Positions 58,996 through 64,000 of a stretch of DNA of 64,000 nt are shown here, one piece after another. Where the stretch lies: NCBI GenBank assembly GCA_020632075.1, contig JACKGH010000001.1, forward strand, positions 458,852-522,851, written 5' to 3'. Below the pieces are notes generated by a model. That model was given only the letters and a program-made list of their open reading frames with translations. It ran no database searches and was not told where the DNA came from. The stretch is from Candidatus Nomurabacteria bacterium (lineage in GTDB: Bacteria; Patescibacteriota; Minisyncoccia; Phycocordibacterales; UBA918). Both the position numbers and the translations under genes were made by a program. How positions within the stretch are numbered: position 1 is the stretch's first letter; each line of letters opens with the position of its first letter.

Positions 58996-59742
58996 CTATG
59001 CAGGACGACGTCGGTCTCCACCACGTGGACGGCTGTCCGCAGGCTTTGGTACGTACGTTGCCTTTCCTTCTGCGTACGCGTCTACCAATTCGTGCACCAA
59101 GAGTGACACACTGCTCTGAAGCGAATCGTTCGCTACTACCGGGTAGGTGATCTTTCGAGCATCACAGTCTGAGCTCATAAGCGCGATCACTGGAATATTC
59201 TTTTCACGAGCTTCGTTGATCGCGATCTCATCATGACGTGGGTCTACCACTACCATAAGATCTGGAAGCTTTGGCATCTTTGCAATACCTGCAAAGTTGA
59301 AGCTGAGCTTATCGATCTCGCGACCAAGCACGACACGCTCCTTCTTGGTGTACTTTCGTTCGAGTTCACCTGATTCCTTTTCGTGCATCAACGCTTCAAG
59401 ACGATTGATACGCTTCTTGATCTCGCTCCAGTTAGTGAGCATACCTCCGATCCAACGGTTAGTCACATATGGTGACTCGGTCTTTTCTGCCGCTGCAGTG
59501 ACGATCTTTGCTGCTTCGTCCTTGGTACTTACAAACAGCACGATCTTGCCGTGTGAACCAGCTTCCTTAAGAGTTTCCTTGGCAGTTTCGAGTAATGCGG
59601 TTGTCTTTTCGAGGTCGATGATATCGCTTCCGTCTTTGGTTGCGAACACATACTTTGCCACCGAAGGGTGACGACGACTCTTCTTAAAACCGAAGTGTGA
59701 CCCGGCTTCAAAAAGCTTGTCGATGATTGATGTTGTTGACAT
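58996..59742 (-). CDS. rpsB: 30S ribosomal protein S2
   Basis: 248-aa ORF; AGSHFGFKKSRRHPSVAKYVF and NRWIGGMLTNW motifs; rpsB-tsf order. Confidence 0.93.
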   Translation of the reverse strand: MSTTSIIDKLFEAGSHFGFKKSRRHPSVAKYVFATKDGSDIIDLEKTTALLETAKETLKEAGSHGKIVLFVSTKDEAAKIVTAAAEKTESPYVTNRWIGGMLTNWSEIKKRINRLEALMHEKESGELERKYTKKERVVLGREIDKLSFNFAGIAKMPKLPDLMVVVDPRHDEIAINEAREKNIPVIALMSSDCDARKITYPVVANDSLQSSVSLLVHELVDAYAEGKATYVPKPADSRPRGGDRRRPA

Positions 59743-59927
59743 AAATATTGTTATTGGCGACTCATGTGAGCTATCACGCGGCGAGACTGGTTACTATTAA
59801 TGCCTCCCGAGGTGAAACAACTGCACGCTGACCGAAGTGAACGTTACGCAGTCTGAGTCTTTCTAAAAAAGCGCCTAATTGCGCTAGCGGCGAGATAGTA
59901 CCATGGCGACGCATGGAGCGCAATAGA

Positions 59928-60920
59928 TTATTCATCTTCGTCAGTACCAAGTTCGCCACCTGCAGCGACTTTCTGCAGCGACTCTACGATCGGACCAAGT
60001 GCCCCACCAAGGGTTGCCTCGATCGAGTGCCATGACTGCTTAATACGATGATCGGTGATGCGATTTTGCGGGAAGTTGTAGGTACGGATCTTTTCTGAAC
60101 GATCACCAGTACCGATCTGATTTTTGCGCGTATCGGCGTGCTTTTTCATTTCTTCTTCTTCATGCATTGCTTCAAGCTTCGCGATCAAAAGTGTCATCGC
60201 TTTTTCACGATTCTTCAACTGTGAACGCTCACTCTGGGAACGCACATCAACACCAGTCGGACGATGAATGAGTCGTACTGCAGTTTCCACCTTGTTGACA
60301 TTCTGACCGCCAGCGCCCCCAGAGCGTGAAAATTCCATATCAATATCGCTTGGATTGATCTCGATACTTGGCTTTTTACGCAGTGGCAAAATTGCCACCG
60401 ATGCAGTAGAGGTATGAATACGGCCCTGCTTCTCGGTCGCCGGAATACGCTGTACACGATGAACACCCGTTTCATAGCGCAGGTCTTCATATGCCTTTGG
60501 GTGCAAGATCTCAAACGCCGCTTCTTTGTATCCACCCGCTTCAGTCGCTGAGACATGCTCAGTGGTGCGCGGCCAGCCATTTACTTCGGCATACTTTAGA
60601 TACATGTTGGCTAACTCACCTGCAAAGAGCGACGCTTCATCGCCACCAGCACCAGCCCGCACTTCGAGAACGACACCATACGGCTTTGCTTCCTCTTCTC
60701 TACTTGCTTCAATGATGTGGTCCATTTCATCCCATTGTCCTTGAAGCTGCTTGGTGAGTGATTCGATTTCTTCTTGTGCAAGCTCTGCCATTTCTGGATC
60801 TGATGCAGCAAGTTCCTCAGCTTCGCGGAGCTTCGCAAGCTCACTCTCAAACTGCGACGCCAAAAATTGCGTCTTTTGATTTTCTTTGAATTCTTTCAGT
60901 TTGTCTTGGTCGATCTCCAT
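59928..60920 (-). CDS. prfA: peptide chain release factor 1
   Basis: 330-aa ORF; GGQ motif [13 protein letters not shown]; PAT tripeptide motif (RIPATEKQG) indicating RF1. Confidence 0.9.
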   Translation of the reverse strand: MEIDQDKLKEFKENQKTQFLASQFESELAKLREAEELAASDPEMAELAQEEIESLTKQLQGQWDEMDHIIEASREEEAKPYGVVLEVRAGAGGDEASLFAGELANMYLKYAEVNGWPRTTEHVSATEAGGYKEAAFEILHPKAYEDLRYETGVHRVQRIPATEKQGRIHTSTASVAILPLRKKPSIEINPSDIDMEFSRSGGAGGQNVNKVETAVRLIHRPTGVDVRSQSERSQLKNREKAMTLLIAKLEAMHEEEEMKKHADTRKNQIGTGDRSEKIRTYNFPQNRITDHRIKQSWHSIEATLGGALGPIVESLQKVAAGGELGTDEDE

Positions 60921-61116
60921 GTGCGCTCAAGTGTACTTATTATCGTAGCAATAGCAAGACTCCTTACTCATTAAGTCGCGCAATGAAACGCTGTCCTGAA
61001 GACACGAATCAAGTTCTCCGCTCGCGACGCGAACCCGTCAAGAGACTCTGTCTCTTGACTGAACCGCTGCTCCGCGAGGTCTTCCGGACAGCGTTTCAAT
61101 CGCGCTCGCAGCCAGA

Positions 61117-61148
61117 CCAAAACAAAACCACCCTCTCGGGTGGCTTTG
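61117..61148 (-). terminator. intrinsic terminator after rpmE
   Basis: ccaccc-tctc-gggtgg preceded by aaaacaaaa (T-rich on the minus strand). Confidence 0.7.
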
Positions 61149-61162
61149 TGAAGGTAGTGACT

Positions 61163-61429
61163 TTACTTCTTCTTGCGATCGCCAGCCTTGGCCATTCGCT
61201 GCTTGAAGCGGTCTACTCGACCGGCGCTGTCCATTACCTTCTCCTGTCCAGTATAAAACGGGTGTGAGGCGCTGGTTACATCTACCTTAAAGATTGGGTA
61301 CTCCTTACCATCAGTCCAGGTGTCAGTCTCTTCAGTTTCGATAGTTGAACCGATGAGCATACGCTCATTTGAAGAGTTGTCGTGAAAGATTACCATGCGG
61401 TAATTTTCTGGATGAATATCTTTTTTCAT
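61163..61429 (-). CDS. rpmE: 50S ribosomal protein L31 (type B, no zinc-binding Cys)
   Basis: 88-aa ORF; [11 protein letters not shown]-terminus; no CxxC motifs. Confidence 0.85.
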   Translation of the reverse strand: MKKDIHPENYRMVIFHDNSSNERMLIGSTIETEETDTWTDGKEYPIFKVDVTSASHPFYTGQEKVMDSAGRVDRFKQRMAKAGDRKKK

Positions 61430-61554
61430 ATTACAAATACTTCGGCGTTCTCATGAAGTCAGCGGTCTGACTTCGGGAATATAATAAGCAAGAACACCTA
61501 ATTTCTTGTGGCGGTTACTATAGCAGAAACCAATAACATTTCAATACTTCGACA

Positions 61555-61992
61555 TCAGCACTTTTTAGCCCATAATTTATCTATCTGTTCACTGATTCTT
61601 AAGACGAGAGGTTCGAGTTCTTTTTCAGCGGTATGATTCGCAAGCACCTCCGCTAAACGTTCTATATCTTCTGCAGTTTTTTTGTCATATTTTTTAACTC
61701 TTGCTGCAGCGTATTTCAACCTTAATCTTATTCCGTTTTGCTCTTTTCGTTCGAAATTGACCAGCAGTTCAGTTAACCGATCATGGATTTTTGTATGGAG
61801 TTCCTTTACATCATCTGCCTCACGCTGGTATTTTGCATACTTCTTTCTAAACGAAAATTTAACCAGTTCTTTTGCCAACAAAACACCAAGAGTGACAAAA
61901 AATGGCAGAGCTAGTGAATATAGCGTAACAGTCATAAGATGTAAGCTTGATAAGTACTCAACTATTGCCTTGATTACATTTGAGATATCCAT
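61555..61992 (-). CDS. hypothetical membrane protein
   Basis: Start at MDISNV avoids overlap with the upstream gene (the 6-frame ORF extends to 62031); one TM; charged helical C-terminus. Confidence 0.45.
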   Translation of the reverse strand: MDISNVIKAIVEYLSSLHLMTVTLYSLALPFFVTLGVLLAKELVKFSFRKKYAKYQREADDVKELHTKIHDRLTELLVNFERKEQNGIRLRLKYAAARVKKYDKKTAEDIERLAEVLANHTAEKELEPLVLRISEQIDKLWAKKC

Positions 61993-61999
61993 GTAATTC

Positions 62000-63361
62000 T
62001 TACGATCCCAAGATCTGAATCTCCTGTGCAAGACGTGATTTACGATTCATCACCTGGTCACCATAGAAGGCATTAGCAGGATTAGAGGCGCCGCCCCAAC
62101 CAGCGTAGTAGCGAAGTGCAGCCAAACGGTCGCCACTGTACGTGCCATTTGCACCATTATCTCGCAGCAAGAGCGCGGTCGCGATAAAGGCATCGCGGTT
62201 GTTGAATGGGTTGGCTGGTGTGTTGTTGCCATTGATACGGCGAATCGCGTCAGACCCCTTGTCGTATGTCCACTCACCACCGATATTAATAATACCGCCA
62301 TAGATCGCCCACGTTGATGGGATAAACTGTGATGGACCCATCGCTCCTCCCCACCCTACACGCGACCCATTTTGCATGATTGGACACGACACAGTGCGAG
62401 AGTATGGATCAAAGCCAAGAATATCCGCGATCGCCAAGAACACTGGTTCATCGCGCGTCGGGTGCATTACCGGTCGCGAGCTGTGACTATCGCTAAAGAG
62501 ACAGCTACCAAGATTAGAGCCGATGTTTGTCTCTTGTTCCAAGATCGCCAAGATCAGTGCCGCACTCACTCCTGTTACACCAGACGCATACTGCGCTAAA
62601 GCAACCGCGTCTGGGAATGGAATACCACCGCCACCACCAAGGAGTTCGAAGAGTGCACTACGAAGCTGGGCTGCGGTCTTTCGTTGAGAATCAAGCAATG
62701 CTTGATACTCCTCTTCTTCACCCTTTGTCACAGTCAGAATACGCGCTTTCTCTGCTTCTTTGGCTTCGATATCATCCTTCTGTAGTTCCTGGATCCGCTT
62801 CATCTCCGCTTCAGTTTGCTGCTTGTTCTCAAGCTCGTTCTTCTGCTCAACGGTATCACGTCGAATACCATGAAGCACCGCAAGTGATTCGTTGAGTGAT
62901 TCCTTGATTGATTGATAGGTTGCAACATCGGTAAAGAACTCTGAAAAGCTTTGCTTACTCAACATCACCTCAACCAACGAGTAGTCTTCTAGAAGCGCTG
63001 ACTTCCGAACCAAATCAGCAAGAGATTCCTGCTGTTTTGCCAGTCGCTCTGCCAAAATATCAAGCACCACTTCCTTCTCACCGATCTGATCTGAAAGCTG
63101 CTCGATTGCTACTGCGCGTGCTTGAATACCAAGCTGTGCTTTCTTGATCTCACCCTCAATAATAGTTAGGTCGCGTTCGAGTGTCTGCCTTTCTTGTTGC
63201 TTGTCCTCCACCAATCGCTGCTGCGTGAGGATCTGTCGCTCAACATTTTGCAACTCAGTCTCAAGACGCTTACGGCGTTCCGCTTCTGTTTCACTATCAG
63301 CCCATTGTGGGGGTATCAGTAAAGCTAATACGAAAATACCGGCGATGAACGTACGTGTCAT
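62000..63361 (-). CDS. secreted coiled-coil protein with C-terminal MltB-like lytic transglycosylase domain
   Basis: 453-aa ORF; signal peptide; ~230-aa coiled coil; C-terminal GAMGPSQFIPSTW (GxMQFxPxTW family-3 LT motif). Confidence 0.7.
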   Translation of the reverse strand: MTRTFIAGIFVLALLIPPQWADSETEAERRKRLETELQNVERQILTQQRLVEDKQQERQTLERDLTIIEGEIKKAQLGIQARAVAIEQLSDQIGEKEVVLDILAERLAKQQESLADLVRKSALLEDYSLVEVMLSKQSFSEFFTDVATYQSIKESLNESLAVLHGIRRDTVEQKNELENKQQTEAEMKRIQELQKDDIEAKEAEKARILTVTKGEEEEYQALLDSQRKTAAQLRSALFELLGGGGGIPFPDAVALAQYASGVTGVSAALILAILEQETNIGSNLGSCLFSDSHSSRPVMHPTRDEPVFLAIADILGFDPYSRTVSCPIMQNGSRVGWGGAMGPSQFIPSTWAIYGGIINIGGEWTYDKGSDAIRRINGNNTPANPFNNRDAFIATALLLRDNGANGTYSGDRLAALRYYAGWGGASNPANAFYGDQVMNRKSRLAQEIQILGS

Positions 63362-63407
63362 GCCGGTATTATAGCAGAGTCTGTCAGGTGTCTAGTCTCG
63401 ACAAACC

Positions 63408-64000
63408 CTATGCTTTCTCCTCCTCTACGTCTTCCTTTCCTTTCTTTTCAACCTCGATCGAGCTCATATCGACTGGCTCACTTGATTCTTCTTCAGATCC
63501 ACTTGCGCGTGAGGCGCTGATGACCACTACTGCTTCTTCTGGGTCAAGCTCTACCTTCACGCCAGCAGGAATCGAAAGATCACTTACGTGGATCTTATCT
63601 GAAACCTTCTGAAGTACGCTTAGATCAACATCGATATGACTTGGCAATACACCAGGCTTACATACAACCTCGATCTCATGATGCACTTTAGTAACTGAAC
63701 CTTCCTTACTTTCTTCAACTGGCGCTTCACCGATGAAGTGTAGTGGTACATGAGCGGTGATCTCCATATCCTTATCTACTGCGTAGAGATCGACATGCAT
63801 TACTCGCTGCTTTACTGGATTAAACTCTACATCCTTGATAAGCACTTCAACTGACTTACTGAGTCCAGAGAGCTCGATCACGGTTGCTTCACCAGCCTCT
63901 TTAAGCACCTTATCAAATGCCTTTTCATCAAGCACCACGCTAGTTGGCTCTTGCTTTGGGCCATAAATGACCGCCGGTACGCTACCGTTAGCTCGTAAAG
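63408..64000 (-). CDS. rplY: 50S ribosomal protein L25 / general stress protein Ctc (5' end beyond window)
   Basis: Frame stays open upstream of the reported GTG to the window edge (…AVIYGPKQEPTSVVLDEK); L25 beta-barrel region and acidic C-terminal tail. Confidence 0.8.
   Translation of the reverse strand, partial: LRANGSVPAVIYGPKQEPTSVVLDEKAFDKVLKEAGEATVIELSGLSKSVEVLIKDVEFNPVKQRVMHVDLYAVDKDMEITAHVPLHFIGEAPVEESKEGSVTKVHHEIEVVCKPGVLPSHIDVDLSVLQKVSDKIHVSDLSIPAGVKVELDPEEAVVVISASRASGSEEESSEPVDMSSIEVEKKGKEDVEEEKA

Noticed and set aside
59774-59959. 61-aa minus ORF between rpsB and prfA
   Set aside because: Lies in the rpsB leader and prfA terminator region and overlaps the prfA 3' end; no RBS or domain.

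Overview
The window is a gene-dense stretch of core bacterial chromosome, with no rRNA genes, CRISPR arrays, transposases or integrases. Recognisable genes include rpoB and rpoC, the dnaG-rpoD pair, dnaE, gyrB, thrS, pheS-pheT, tsf-rpsB, prfA, rpmE, rplY (partial at the window end), rpsP with its KH-domain neighbour and trmD, rpmF, rnc, a nusB fusion, rnhB, rnr, uppP and one tRNA-Thr(UGU). Several proteins are unusually short: RpoB at 1070 aa, PheT at 645 aa, PheS at 239 aa, a ThrS with no TGS domain, EF-Ts at 194 aa, and an SMC of only 746 aa that appears to lack a hinge. There are two type IV pilin genes, a sortase, many small secreted or membrane hypotheticals, and A/E/K-rich low-complexity tails on RpoD, S16 and L32. 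Taken together this suggests a reduced-genome bacterium, possibly of the Patescibacteria/CPR (Saccharibacteria-like) type; that placement is inference only. Most operons end in strong GC-rich hairpin terminators, many of them bidirectional. The most notable locus is at 43207-48054: a sortase gene immediately upstream of a ~1320-aa surface protein with about eight tandem Ig-like repeats. That protein carries an internal sortase-like sorting signal (VPYTG, then a hydrophobic segment, then RKR) followed by a ~280-aa cytoplasmic domain. Other findings are a T-box riboswitch with an ultrashort stem I upstream of thrS, a promoter-like motif present in three copies (twice before the thrS T-box region and once before pheS), a tRNA-Thr preceded by a 24-nt near-copy of its own 5' end, a DnaG whose zinc-finger ligands are mostly replaced, a NusB with a Nudix-like C-terminal domain, a perfect 20-bp inverted repeat flanking the dnaE promoter, and several structured leaders.
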